Positions 11,272-23,912 of a DNA stretch of 64,000 nt are shown piece by piece. Source of the DNA: Anthoceros angustus (lineage: Eukaryota > Plantae > Anthocerotophyta); NCBI GenBank assembly GCA_010909165.1, contig MU008211.1, forward strand, positions 248,001 through 312,000, written 5' to 3'. Position 1 is the first letter of the stretch. Each line of letters begins with the position of its first letter. The translations under genes were made by a program, and so were the position numbers. Under the pieces are notes generated by a model. The model was not told the DNA's origin, did not search any database, and saw nothing but the letters and a program-made list of their open reading frames with translations.

Positions 11272-12484
11272 AGGATGTACTCCTGACCTTGGACCGTACC
11301 ATGAAGTGGAAGTTGATGGTTCAGAGGAAGTGGATGAATACACATATGAAATTTCATTTGGTGCTCAACAAGCTGCTGTTCCTGCGAATGTCAACAACCA
11401 AGGACAACAAGATGGTCAAATTCCAGGTGATGATGCAGCATATCCTCTATCAGATGGAGAACAGCTAGACGAAACTGACATTTCGGACCTGGACAGAGAC
11501 TCTTGATGTACTCACAAGACTCTTGATGTACTCGTCAAGACTTAAGCCTGAGGTATCTACTCGGTATCTATGGTCACGTCTTGTGAGTGATCCCTGATTT
11601 TGATGATTTCGCCAGTGTGCATTCAGGTGGCTCAGAGGCCTCCGATGGTGATGGCTCGTTTGAGTGGGCTCGACATGAATCAAAAGCACTGAGCCTCTCA
11701 CCTCCGACAAGATATCCTACTCGAGAGAGACAAACAAGGGAAAACTGGTTAGAAAAACCCTATGAGTCTATCGACTTCAGAAAACATGCAACAAATGTTT
11801 CGAATACAAGTACAATGCACGAGTTGTGGGAGGAAAACCCCAGGCTTAAGATTCACCCTCTAGTGGCCACACTTATCCCATCGCTAAGTACAATAGGTTT
11901 CGTCCATGAGACTCTTGTTTGTCGGGTCACGATCTAAGGCACAAACCACACCTCTTCACACCCCCAAGCTCCCTCACATAGCTGGAGCAACCTGCTGCGG
12001 GGAGACGAGAGAACTGCAGAAGATGCAAAACAAACCGTCATCGAGGTTTGTTTGCGATGGAAGCGCCGCTGTGAGAATGGGCCTCGGCTTGGGCTTCGAC
12101 CTTTCCGGCTTCACCTTCTCTTTCGTCTCTCTCCCAATGGCCCTGGATGCCATTACCAATCCGGCCCGTTTGGAGGAAGCAGAACCGAATTGTCCCGCTC
12201 CAGAGGTCAGTTTTCCTTTAGTATTCTGTCCTTTCTGCCCTTTCGTATAAAGGACTTTATCTGTTTTAGTCTTACCACCATGATGTGTGCAGACTTTGCT
12301 CCTCTTGGAGAGCTCCAATCCAAATCCTGATCAGGTGCCTTCACCACGACCTTGTCTGTTTGCGGATAGAGGCACCAAAACCAGAAACAAAAGTCTGGTA
12401 GCTAGGGGGAAGACAAGTGAGGAGTTGAGCGACGGCATCCAACTCCGGAAACTGAGAACCAAGATTCAAAAGTTGAGCCCTCAG

Positions 12485-12993
12485 TTATCGAAACTTTATG
12501 ACGAAAGGTCCCACCTTCTCGCCTTCTTTAAGCCTCATTGAGAACAACTCTCCACGGATTGCACACTGGGTAAGGATGTTCTTAGCTTCGTATGTCTGCA
12601 GTAACTGAGTCCAAATCTCATTGGAGTCTTGCAGGTAAGCCACATCGGGCAGGAGTATGTCATCCAAGCCACTAATCAAGACTGCATGGGCAACGTGATT
12701 CAGGTTCTCCCACTTTTCGATTTCATCCGCTGGAGCAGTTGAGGCTGGTTTAGGAAGCGTGCCACTAACAATGCCCCACACGTGCCGGCTTGCAGGGCAG
12801 CTGTCATACGCACACGCCATCCATGGAACTTGGAGCCATTGAACCGGTCACGCTCTTTAAATTCCATGGAGTAGGATGGCTGAGGTATCACTGGCACTGG
12901 TGGGAGAGGGGGATTACCTCCTCCCCCTCCACCTCCACCACCTCCGCCATCACCGCCTCCTCCACCTCCTCCGCTACCACCTCCTGAAGCCAT
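12485..12993 (-). pseudogene. gag: Copia B gag N-terminal part, frameshifted, poly-Gly leader
   Basis: ERDRFNGSKFHGWRVRM / VWGIVSGTLPKP...EKWE..NHVAHAVL...NEIWTQL. Confidence 0.85.
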
Positions 12994-13342
12994 TCTGACT
13001 TACTTTGATGAGATTATCAGGTGCTCACGGGTGATCAGGCCGATTGCACAAGGTACTCTTCTCGAAGTAGGTCGAAATGCCGAAAGGAAGCAGATAGAAG
13101 GGGCGCAGGAGAAAGTGCGGCAAAGGTCGATGAAGAGGTGTACGCGAAAGGTCAGATGTCACCAGACACCACGCTCTGCATCGGTTGACAGTTGGGGATT
13201 GTGAATTGCTGACGTGGGGTGGCACAGCATGTCGCTTTGCAGGGTCGCGTCCCGTGAACGCCTGCCGCAAGCAGACACCTCCAACTTGAGGCGCCTCCCG
13301 CCAGGAAGCACGGGGGACACCGAAGCTGCGGACGCGCCACCC

Positions 13343-13870
13343 TTACCGCGATAAAGGCAATGCTTGAGATCTGAGCTTCTCACGAGCAGGGGCTAGCGCA
13401 TGGAGCAGATCCGCTGCAGAGGGATATGGGCTCAGATCGTGTGCCAATTTCCTTTGTAATTCAGTCACCAGATCTGTGAGTTTCCGGACGTCCTCAATCA
13501 GCGATGTCTGCTTGCGCAGGAGAAGATCAACAGCAGCTAATGTCTCTTGATGGCGAGCAGTGTGAACTTCGCCCTGTCGAGAAAGCACGGTAAGCAGAGC
13601 CGATTGGTATGCTCCGACAATCTCTGGCAGGTCAGTGGCACGAGATCTGAAAGTTTCCTGCAATTCGTCCTCTTGACTGTCTCTCAATTCCGGGTGTCTT
13701 TCAATGTATACCCGGTTTGGAATTCGAGAAAACGGCAACGTGTACGGGATGTCTTCTTGACCTGCTTGATAATCGCTCACAATCCTGGAAGACTCCTGAC
13801 GTCTAGTTACGTTGCGATTGCAGGGCACCTGATGCGTTTGCTCGACGCGAGAACGCCCCCGTCGAGTCAT
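13343..13870 (-). CDS. Coiled-coil ORF upstream of Copia B gag, unknown function
   Basis: 175-aa open frame: MTRRGRSR..., LLLRKQTSLIEDVRKLTDLVTELQ, PSAADLLHAL. Confidence 0.55.
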   Translation of the reverse strand: MTRRGRSRVEQTHQVPCNRNVTRRQESSRIVSDYQAGQEDIPYTLPFSRIPNRVYIERHPELRDSQEDELQETFRSRATDLPEIVGAYQSALLTVLSRQGEVHTARHQETLAAVDLLLRKQTSLIEDVRKLTDLVTELQRKLAHDLSPYPSAADLLHALAPAREKLRSQALPLSR

Positions 13871-14157
13871 TTCAACTTCAGAGTAGCATGTTCTGCTATT
13901 TCACAGCAGCCAGATCCACATAGCGGAAGTCTTTCATTTACGTTGTGTCATTAACTGTTTTAGCAAAAAAAAAAAGTGGCCCATCACCAATGTTGTTGTG
14001 CAGGTAGTGTAAAGGAATTTTTAGACACATGATCCAGGAGCTACAAATTTGTGGCTAATGAATTTTGTGTCCTACAATCCCTTTAGACTACATGCACCTA
14101 CAGCATCAGATGGGAATTCTAGCAGACAGAAATTAGACACACATATCAAATCTCATG

Positions 14158-14169
14158 GCTCTGATACCA
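14158..14169 (-). promoter_or_regulatory. Primer-binding site (tRNA-iMet)
   Basis: gctctgatacca = reverse complement of TGGTATCAGAGC. Confidence 0.9.
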
Positions 14170-14362
14170 TGTTAATGTAGCAGATGTACATATGCACTCA
14201 AGTGCTTAGAAAAGAGCATAATGAATTATGGACATACAAAGTGTCTTATATACAAAATCTGTTCAAGGGTCATGACTATTCATATAAACTAAATATTAGC
14301 AAATAACAGCTAACAGCTGGTCCGTTTATATGTAGGAACCCTAATGGGGTTCTACTCTAACA
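14170..14362 (-). repeat. 5' LTR of Copia B (193 bp)
   Basis: tgttaatg...ctctaaca inverted termini directly beside the PBS. Confidence 0.8.
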
Positions 14363-14701
14363 CCCTCCACCATCTGTGCGAACAGCTTTCAGTTTAACAT
14401 TAAGTTGTCGTTCAGCTATGTTGATGTACTCAAGAAATCTATCCGCAGCTTCTGATTTATGCCGAAGAAAGTAAGTGTGGGTCAATCTGATGGCATCGTC
14501 CACAATGGGCATAAAATACAAGGACTGATTGAAAGAGGCAACTGACATAGGACCACATAGGTCTGTGTGGACCAGTTCTAATGGATAGGTTGCTCGTGCT
14601 GCAGGACCAACAGGATATCCTGTTGGAACAGGATATCCTGTTGGAACCTCAACAGGATATCCTGTTGGAACCTCATCTACGCCATGGCTCCTAGGGAGCA
14701 C
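14363..14701 (-). pseudogene. Copia integrase fragment interrupted by LTR B
   Basis: RATYPLELVHTDLCGPM...YFMPIVDD..THTYFLRHKSEA...VRTDGGG stops exactly at the LTR edge. Confidence 0.85.
14607..14674. repeat. Three copies of a palindromic unit (aacaggatatcctgtt)
   Basis: ccaacaggatatcctgttgg (14607-14626) is a perfect 20-bp palindrome; the 16-bp core recurs at 14627 and 14651. Confidence 0.9.
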
Positions 14702-15930
14702 TCATCGTTTAAGGAAGCTCGCAATTTGAAGCGGCAGGCCAAGGCTGTGCAAGATCGGGCTGCCCGCATCGATGCTGAACGGAGAGATACTCCTACCTTC
14801 AGGGCAAAGGTATGGAATTGGCACGATGGTGATGGGAAGCTCCGCGAGAAAGGCTTGGACGTTCAAAACGACAAGTTTTTGATGGGTTTGAAGGAGAGAT
14901 TGGGAGGGTCGGACGTGTTGTCTGATGCCTTTGGCAAGGTACGAAACGAGAACATAGGCTTTGTATGGCAAGGCATAACACACCTCACCAGAGTGGAGGC
15001 ACGTAGATGATCTATTATACCACATCTATGGAAACGCCCAGGTGCAACTCACAGGTGCCAGTCCATGGCCTTGGGACTTTTGGTAGAGAAGAAACTGCAA
15101 ATGTGTGAGCGTAGCCTTCCTTTTGAAGACCGAGGCAAGAAGGAGGCGAAGGAGGCAAAGGAGGCGGGGAAGAACACTGGATGGATGAGAAAGAGGTGGA
15201 AGTTGAAGAAATGGCGCTTGAGGAGGACAAGGAGCAGTTGCCGGCTCTCTCCATAGGGCGCAGCCTCGCCCCTGTGACGAGGTCACAGAGGCGACTGTCG
15301 CTCCTCCATTGCTCACCTCCTAAGGCTTCTAAAGCCTCTTCTATTCCAGTGATCACGAGGTGGGCAGGAGTCGGCAGGAGTGGAGGCCGCATTTGGTGGC
15401 CGGGGCGGAAGCTTACGATTCAATGAGCAGCCGCATGAAGACTTTAGAGACATGTCGGCAAGGTTCGTCTTCTCGAGGCTGCGTGAGTGTTGCCACTTTA
15501 CAACATGGGGTATCGGGACTCGACATGGGTGGAAGTTCTTGATGTTGGGGCACCCTGTGTGGTGCTAACCTAGTTGTGGATCAGGATCTTGGATATATTG
15601 GCTGAAGGATGGGGTGCTAGTGATTTCCTGGCATGTATGGGTGCTGGTGGTATGGGTTGCTTGTAATGTTGCTTGTAATGTAGGTGCTGGTGCACGCTTC
15701 TTTTGGCGCCTTTGCTCTCTCAGCTAGAGGCTTGTGTTCGCGAGCAGTGTGATTTAAATGCGCTTAGGTGGGGCATTATTTCTTGATTTTGTTCCTCTTA
15801 TACGCCCATCTTGGACAATGCTTTCCTATTTTGAAATTTGATGCCCACCTTCTTATTCTAGTGTTCTAATCCGTCATGTGAGGGCTTGGTGATCGCAGCT
15901 TTTGCTTGCTGCTCTCCTGGCCCGGCATGG

Positions 15931-16874
15931 TGTGATGGAGGTTCCGGACCCCGGAACCCCTCGGCCATGGCAGCCACACTTATCCCTTGTCGGTTCGTCG
16001 GTGGGTTTCGTTCCACGAAGGGTGAGCCCTTCCCTGCGGATGGAGGTCGCCCTCCACGGACCTCTCGACTCACGGCTCCGTCTGGGCGCCGGTGACTAGC
16101 GCCCCTCCTACAGCGCCGGTGACCCACCCTCGTAAGTCACACTACCCTCTGACTCGTCGGCGCGGACCTCGTCGCGAGGCACCAATGTCTGCGGCGACCT
16201 TGGGACCCCAAATCAAATGATGGGCAATCCTCCCACCAGTAGCAGTTCCTACACTCCCTAAGACCCTTCTCATGACAAATTTGGGGCCGCCCCTCAAGCT
16301 CTTGTCACACTTGAAATTCACCTTCCCCTCTCTTTTCTAGGTTTCTTCCTCCTCTCTTCTCTTTTCTCTTTTCTCTTTTCTCTCTTGCTCCTTCCTTCTC
16401 CTCTCTTGCTCCCTATCCTCTCTAGCTCCTCTCTCTTCTCTCGCTCTCACTCTCTCGCTCTCTCTTTTCTTTTCTCTTTTCTCTCTTTTCTCCTCTCTTC
16501 TCCTCTCTTCTCTAATCTACCTCTTCCACTCTTCCTAGCTAACTATCATTACAGGCCCTCACAGCCTCCCGGCAGCGCCTCGAGATCATAGGGCATTGCC
16601 CTCACGGACCTAGGCAGACATTTGGGCAAGTGGCGTCCGCGTCTTTGGATTTTGCTAGGGGTCTTCCCTTTACCGATCATCGTTTTGCCACAATGCGCTC
16701 CCTCACCTCGACGCTACCCATGCTACCTCAGAAGAAAGGTTTGGGCCCGCCCTCAGTCACCGCACCTCAAGACCCTACGGACACCATGCACCCTCACACG
16801 GTCGGCCCGCGCTTGTGTAGCAAGACAAGCACACCTGGTCGGAGAGCAAGGCATGACATTTTATTATGGGAGCT
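15931..16874 (-). repeat. ~0.95-kb LTR ('family X') with internal pyrimidine-rich tract; 3' LTR of a minus-strand element
   Basis: Colinear with 53405-54317, which has TGT..ACA ends. Abuts cctcccctctt (16875-16885), a polypurine tract on the minus strand. Confidence 0.7.
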
Positions 16875-16981
16875 CCTCCCCTCTTATAGGAGCTCCCCAA
16901 ACCCTAGCATTAATTAAGTGTCGGTGGGGTAGGTGGGGTTGCTTACGGTTTTAAGTAGGTGGCCTCTTAAAGGTTCTTAAC

Positions 16982-17800
16982 CTACCTCCTAACAATCCCA
17001 CTAACCCCTAGGGGTCTTAATGACCCATTCACTCCCCTACCAACTATTTGCCTACTTCTTCTTGGGTGTTGGCAAACCACCGTCTTCCTCCTCTTGGCTT
17101 GGGACCGCCCCCGTCCGATCTCTTCACTCGTCGTCAGGGAACCTCCACACTGTCTCGGCGATGTTGGATTGAATGGGCGCCACCCCTCTTGCAGGCGCTC
17201 TTGTAGAGCTTGGCCTCTCTGTATCTGCGCTGCAATTACCTCAGGCGGTTGGGTGTTGGTGCACTCTGCCGGACACCCCACCAACTCTACCGGCTGCTGG
17301 AAATCTCTTCCTCTTCCATTGGCTCCTCCCACATTGAGCCTTGCATCCATTTCACTCTCAAGTCCGAATCTCCGAAGTTGAGGTGCAATTCTTCCAAAAT
17401 CTCCATCGTCATCGTGGGGACCCAACAACTTCCTTGTCAACAAGGAGCATCTCCTTGGCGAACTTGTTGACCCTAGCATGTAAGTGGACACTGCATCTCT
17501 CGGCCCTTCAAACAAATCTCATCAAATTCCTCGGGCCACTCTCCAAGTCCCGAATCTCCGTTGAGGGTCGCAATTCTTCCAAAATCTCCCGCGTCATCGT
17601 GGGGACCCAACAACTTCCTTGTCAACAAGGAACGATCTCCTTGGCGAACTTGTTGACCCTATGTAAGTGGACCCGCATCTCCGGCCCTTCAAACAAATCT
17701 CATCAAATTCCTCGTGCCACTCCCGAGGCTATCTTACCATAGCGCATCCCTCTCAGCGTCACCTCACTCAAGCAGGCTGTAAGTGACATTCTCGGCATCT
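16982..17800 (-). pseudogene. Accessory ORF remnant just upstream of the PPT of LTR X, with internal ~180-bp duplication
   Basis: 177-aa ORF plus duplicated block (~17360-17540 / 17540-17720). EMLLVDKEV resembles KMLAANKEV in element E. Confidence 0.35.
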
Positions 17801-18799
17801 CTCTTCCATGCCTCCGATCCCTTCTTGCCATGCATAATCAGCCTGGCGTTGCTTCGGCGACCGACATGCGATGCATCATTTTCCTCCGGTGGGCTACCTC
17901 TTCCTTCCACCGTTAATTACCTCCGCTTGCTTCATGAGCTCCTCACGCTCCTTACTCCATGTGGCTGTCCTCCCTCCGGCTCCTTGAGTTTGGCCTCAGT
18001 TCTTCATTCTTGGCTTGGCCTCGGCCTCCCTCTACCATATATAGGGTGAGGAAGGATTTTCCACACCCCAAAGGCCAAGGACGAAATTTCTGTCCAAGGC
18101 CAAGGACCTTTTCCCTCAGCCGACGCTTTGAATTCCTCAACCACAAGGCCAAGGACATTTCTTCCTCCGCGCCAGGACGATTTCTCTATATATGCATGCG
18201 CGCTCCTCCTTGGCTGTGCGCCTTCCTCCTTTCGCTGCCCCGCCGCTCGCGCACCACCTCAAGCTCGCTCGCCTGAAATTGCGCGCCCGTCCGCAACTCA
18301 AGACCCTTCAAGGCGTCTTCCACTGGAGTAAGGACTTTACTCCCGCCGCATGTCTACACGGGGCGTGACTGCGCCTGCCACTAGCTTTGACCAGCCCTCC
18401 TTCTGTTCAGTTTTCGCGAACCTTCCTCTGGCGTAAACTTTCCGGACCTCTCCGTCCGACTCCGTTCATGTTGGACCCGTTTTGAATCTGTTTTCCTCCT
18501 TTCTCGCCCGTCCGGGGGACCTAAATCGCCCGCCCGCTTCTCCACTTGCCACTCCTTGTTGCTTTTCCCGTTGTTGTTGGTGAGAAAAAGAAAAAAAAAG
18601 AAAATAAAACCTAACTAACATAGACAAACAAGAGGCATCCGCCACTCTTCCAACGTGGACCCAAGTTGGCGTTCCACACATGGTTTTCAGGCGGTGATTT
18701 TGTGCACTTACCGGGGCCGTTGTTTTCGTTTTGTGTCACCATCTTTGATGTGGCTCACTGTTTTCCGTCGATGTCCTGCTGTTTATTCTAGCGTTCTAG

Positions 18800-19650
18800 C
18801 CGTTGTTATCCGCTAGGTTGGTGGTGCCGGTGGTAATCTTCCGCACCGGTGGATGTTGGATTTAAGCTAATTCGCGTGATCCGGTGCTAACCTAGTGGTG
18901 GATGCGGGAGGTTGAATAGATTTGCTGCAGTACCGTCTTGGCGATTTCGCTGGCGTATGGGGGTGCCGGTGGTAATCTTCGCACGGTGGATGTTGGATTT
19001 AAGCTAATTCGTCGTGATGCGGTGCTAACCTAGTGGTGGATCAGAGGTTGAATAGATTTCTTGCGGGCATCTGGCGATTTCCTGGCGATGTATGGGCTGG
19101 TGATATGGGTTGGTCAGTGAGCTGCCGGTAACTCGGATGTCGCGCCGAGCGTCTCTAGCTTCTACATGCCGGATCTGTAAGGGCTTGGTGGCGTATGCCC
19201 ATGTGTGGCTACCGAATTTAAGCATAGGTGGTGGGCTCAAGGGGTGCTAGTTGTCTAACGTTGCTTGGATTTGATTTCCTCGGGGCTCTTATCCCACTTC
19301 ATCTCGCAGCTGCATAAATCGGTGGGGTGTTAGTGGGTGTGCAACTCGCCATGCCGTATGATGGTGCTAAGGTCTCGGTCGGGTTGTACCGTGGATGCTT
19401 ATGGTGTACTCGTGCCTGCCATCTGCTTCTTCTAGAAGGTTGCTGGGAGGTAGGCAGTGAAGGGTTCGGTCACTTAAGAGTTTTGGTATGTCTGCCTGGC
19501 TCTACATATGTTGTGAAACCTGGATGCTATTGGTTTTTGGTTTTCAATAGATGGGATCTTGCAGATGCCTCCGGAAAGCCGTTTTTTCATGCTGCTCCAA
19601 GTTTCCATCCTTGGTTTTCGCTGCCACCATAAGGGCGTGGTAAGCCAGAT
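18800..19650 (+). mobile_element. Dispersed repeat related to 15540-15870, with local tandem duplication; possible LINE 3' remnant
   Basis: gtgctaacctagt(g/t)gtggat at ~15561, ~18885, ~19023. A weak C..(L)..E..GHL...C pattern at ~19410-19490 recalls zf-RVT. Confidence 0.3.
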
Positions 19651-20366
19651 CCGTCAGGTTAGTTCTCCTTGGTGACCAGGCATTGAAGGGTGCCTGGTCA
19701 CAGTTTGTTGTCCGCTGCACAGTCTAGGTCAGTTTGGTACCCTTGTATTAGAGGACCATTAGTCATATCTGCCCCCTTTTGTGTGTTCATGTACGCACTT
19801 GTGTGTTTTGTGTTCAATGTTTCTTCATGAGTCTCACTTGTGGCAGTTTGCCCCATCGTCCATGTGTGAAAATATATCCACAGTGGCGGAGTTTGTGCTA
19901 CTTGCACACCTCCCTATTTTGCTGGGACTAGGCCACTGACCAATTACCCATATCGGACAGTCGTTTGGTTCGTTGACCAGTTGGTCACTGATGACTGTGG
20001 TGATCACTTTACCACTGTGTGGACATTGATCCGGGTTGGAACTTGGTGAACAATTTGTACATTCTAATGGGTTTCTTGTTTCCAGACCATGCTTGGCAAA
20101 CGCTGACGTGGCCACACAAAAGTGAAGGGGAGCTTGCATTGCTCCTTGCGCCGTCACCGAGGAAGAGGAGGCACCGCAGGCGTTTGGCAAAATAAGTTGA
20201 CAGCTCGGTTGGTCGTCGACTTTGTGATTGCTCGTGTCGTAGCGCCATCTCGACCAGTTTTTGTAATTGTGCGGAGATCACCTCTTGTGCCCAACAATGT
20301 ACAGTTGACCACTACTTATTAACGTGCTGGACGATTTGGTACAGGCCGAGGACGCTGCTTGTTCGT

Positions 20367-20830
20367 GTGAAAGAGCAACTGCAAGTGGTGGCACAGGCTG
20401 AAAGTGCCCTCCTAGCCCTCCAGAAAAAGCATGAGGTGCTAGATCAAAGGTGTAGTGTAGTCCATGAGTACCATGGAAACCTTTGCCGATTGTATAACCT
20501 GTCGTTGAAGAAGCAGCCTGTGCCACAATGGGTTCCTGCTCCTTCGCACAGTAGGCCAAATGGGCCTCTTCAAGTAACCCTTTGTTCTGTGTGTGGGAGG
20601 TTAGTGCTCGCACTCGTGTGAAACCTTGATGTTCTTCTTGTTGTTCTAAGATGTACCATGTAAATGTGCCGTGTGTCTGCAGTGGTTTGCATGCAACGAT
20701 TTTGTTTTCCTCCCATGTGGGCATAGCTTCCATGATGCTGTCTTTTCGCATTCCACCTCCATGTCATACGCCTAGAGTAGACGGTGCAAGTTCCTCCACA
20801 ATGGCTGAAAGCCAAAGGGTGGCCTTTACG
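20367..20830 (+). pseudogene. Coiled-coil + RING-finger coding remnant
   Basis: From 20665: CAVCLQWFACNDFVFLPCGHSFHD...C..VPPQWLKAKG (RING-H2-like), preceded by a coiled coil and CSVCG; stops and frameshifts present. Confidence 0.5.
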
Positions 20831-23800
20831 AGTGCGTTAATTGGAACACCGCTAGACCGGAGCTAGAGTGGACAGAGAGTACATCCATCAAATGACTTCA
20901 AGCAATTGGAAGACCGTTTGAAAGATGGTATAGGGTATGTGGTGCTGGAATTCAAGCCATCTTCCTGTGCAGCTAGAAAACTTCTCCAAGACTCTCGGTG
21001 AGTGCACCAAAAATTGTGTTTATGCTCAAGTTCGTACCGCATCACATGCCCACACAATTGTTGTGGTTTCTCCGTAGGTAGAGATAGTCGCCTTCCCCAA
21101 TGTCTCCGATCGCTCCCACTCGGGGACACTCATGTTCGAAAACCCCACCTCGGACAATGCAATCATCGCCGCTCGCCCGCCACCGGTGCAACCTTGGGGC
21201 CGGCGTGCACTATGTGCTTCAAACGCCGGACTGGTTGTGCCAAGAACAGAGAGGGCCAATTGTAGTCAAGATGATGTCCGCACCACTGGCAATAGTGTGA
21301 CCCGGTACTTTGCTTTCCCCGTAGCCGAACCGGTGGAAGTCAGTGCCCGATGGAGCACCAGATCATGCAACATCTTTGTTAATTGGCACAACGGAGGAGG
21401 TGGGTGAGTTGCCCAAGGAGCTTCCTCCTTTAGAGGAGTGGTTAACGAGGCCATTCACCGCCGCGCCAAGGGCGCAGGTGTGCCCCAAGTGCGAAGTCGC
21501 AGTGGGAACTCCGTGGTAGAAAGTCCAAATCCTAAAGTAATGGAGGGTCCTAGTGCGAAGTGCCATTGCAAAGTGAACAGTGGCTATTGTACATGTGTTG
21601 CGACCCTCGCGATGGATGTGCGGTGCCCTCACGACCGTAATGTCACGGAGGACAATGTGGTGCACCCAATGGCCCTCGGTGCATGGATGAGGGTTTGTCA
21701 ATCGTCACCGGAATGGCTGGTGAACCGCCACACATGATGAAGTGGCCCCTAGCACGGGATGAAATGGCCGGCGATTGAGTGTGAAGTGGTCATACCGAAC
21801 ACAAATTGTCACTGCACCCAAGGCCCACCGGATCAACTCCAGTCATCGCGGCGCACGCCTGTGGAGTTGGGTGAGGCGGAGGAAATGGCAAACCAGGCGT
21901 AAAGCAAAGGAAAGGAGGCCGAGGCCGGGGCCTCAAACGGAAAGGTGGCAAGTCACGAGGACAAGGCGCCAGGAAGATTCGAGCGGTGGAACGCGTTTGG
22001 AACGCCGGATGATGTCGCATGGAGCTACAATTTAGGTGGAGACACTTTCATGGTACTTGCTCCACATGGCAATGCAGGCGTGTCTCATTCTATTTGTTGA
22101 AAGCCTTGTCTCGACTGAAGTGTTAAGAGATTATGTTGACTCGCTTGGGGATGTGAGAAGTTTGACATGGGGACATAGTTGTGAGGGTTGTGTACTATGA
22201 AGTGATGCCCGGAGAAGTGTGTACCAATTGCTGACGTGGTGATCGTGGTGTCCCAACAATGATGCAACGTGACATGGTGTGCGTGCAAAATCTTGGATCC
22301 GGTGGCCCGCCATGTGAAGGAGCCCAAGAACTGATGCTATATTGGCTTGCCCCGAAATTGAAGTACAGGAGGTGGCCCGGGATGCTAGGTGAATTAGAAC
22401 TGTTGGTGAGCCTCTTTCATTTTCTATATCTTGTGCACTTGCTGCGGTGGACCTCCATGTCTTTGCTGGTGGGCTGCTTTACTGTTCAATGCCTTGCTCA
22501 TTGCGAGTTGCTATGTGTTTCGGCTCCTTGGCAAGACCTATTGTGGAGGAGACTTGCCTGCTACCCAGGATAAGCTCTCCAATATCTTGGATGGTGGCTT
22601 GTTGCATGTGCGTGGACACACTGGTTAAGTTATCAGACTTTGTGTGAGTGATCATTGACATATAAGACTGCAAAGGCATGCTGCACATGTGCATGCCAGT
22701 GTGTTTTTAAGAGATTTTATTTTGTCTTATCACACTCCTTTATACCGACATGAAGGCGAGAACACCAAAATGGGTGGATGTGACGTCACATACAAGGCGC
22801 TTATGCCAAATCGTCCGGGCTTGTGCGTCGGTGTCTATGTAGACACCTCAAAGCCAAAGCGGCGGCCGTCGTGTCTATGGAGACACCCCAAACCCAAAGC
22901 ATCCGGGCTTGTGCATCGTGGGTCTATGGAGACACCTCTAGCGAATTGTCGAAATGGCGGAGGCCACGGTGCCATGGCGCCGCCAAGCTAGGAGTCAAAC
23001 CTTGAATCCATTTCCTGCGGTGAATTGATTACTGATTGCACACATGATGCCCCTAAGAGAATGGAACATTTGGTGAGTGCACAAGTGAGGACGCACACCT
23101 CCTCCTAATCATCAAACATCATTCGTTGTGTACATTTGTGCCAATGAAGGGCTCCATCTTCAATAGGCGTTGCCCTCGCCGATGACCGAGCCACCTTCTC
23201 CGTCGCAAGAGTCGTCCACCAGGTGTTCAAACACAGTGGCCGTTGTGAGTGCATTGGATCTCCTTGGCATGGTATGGATGAAGTCGCTGCCCGGTTACGG
23301 TATGGCGCCATCCGAGCTTGTGCATCCCAAGCCGCCGCCGTGCGAGCACGTTCCATGCAGCAAGAACGCACGCTGGGGGATTCGAATGGCGGCCACCAAG
23401 CGCCGTGAGGCGCCTCCCACCTCCATACCATTATGCAAACCACCTCAAGCACCATGAGGGCCTCAAGAACAAGGAATGCTAGTGCAGGCGCCTCCATGTC
23501 CGGGCGAGGCGAGAGAGCGGAGCCGGGTGCCGGGGAATGAAAAGGTGATAGAGGAGGTGGGTGGCTGCAGGCCTTATGTTGTGCAGGTTACGGGGGACGC
23601 GTGTGCAAAGGGCCCTGGGAAGGGTATGACTTGGCCAGTATCATTAGATGTCGAAGAATTAGTAATGACCCTGCACATCTGGGGAAAGCGTGATCAATGA
23701 ATTGTCTTTTTGCTGTCCGTGTGTGGGAATGCCTAGTGCTCACCGGGAATCCATTTGCGAAGACATCATGTGTGCACGTGCATTAAATTAGCATGTGGTA

Positions 23801-23912
23801 GATGAGAAGTACAAAGGGACCTGTGGAATGTAGTACATTCGTCCAAAACACTAAGGGTTGATACGAATCACGAAAGCTCTCTTCCACAACCGTAGTCACA
23901 ACAAGTTGTGCT

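Larger units (their letters stand above)
8066..11880 (+). mobile_element. Ty1/Copia element A, 3'-truncated (no RT/RNase H seen)
   Basis: gag (UBN2-type), protease WFIDSSATSQIC (~10060), integrase ELIHTDIAG/YYLTLTDDFSRYTW/RFDNGGEF/ERKNQTL. A short TGTCA..TGACA segment (8066-8152) followed by TGG may be a deleted LTR/PBS. Confidence 0.85.
11890..14362 (-). mobile_element. Ty1/Copia element B (5' LTR, PBS, upstream ORF, gag; truncated), inserted in the integrase of another Copia
   Basis: LTR with TGTTA..TAACA termini, adjacent tRNA-iMet PBS, gag ORFs at 12485-12993. Left boundary approximate. Confidence 0.85.
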
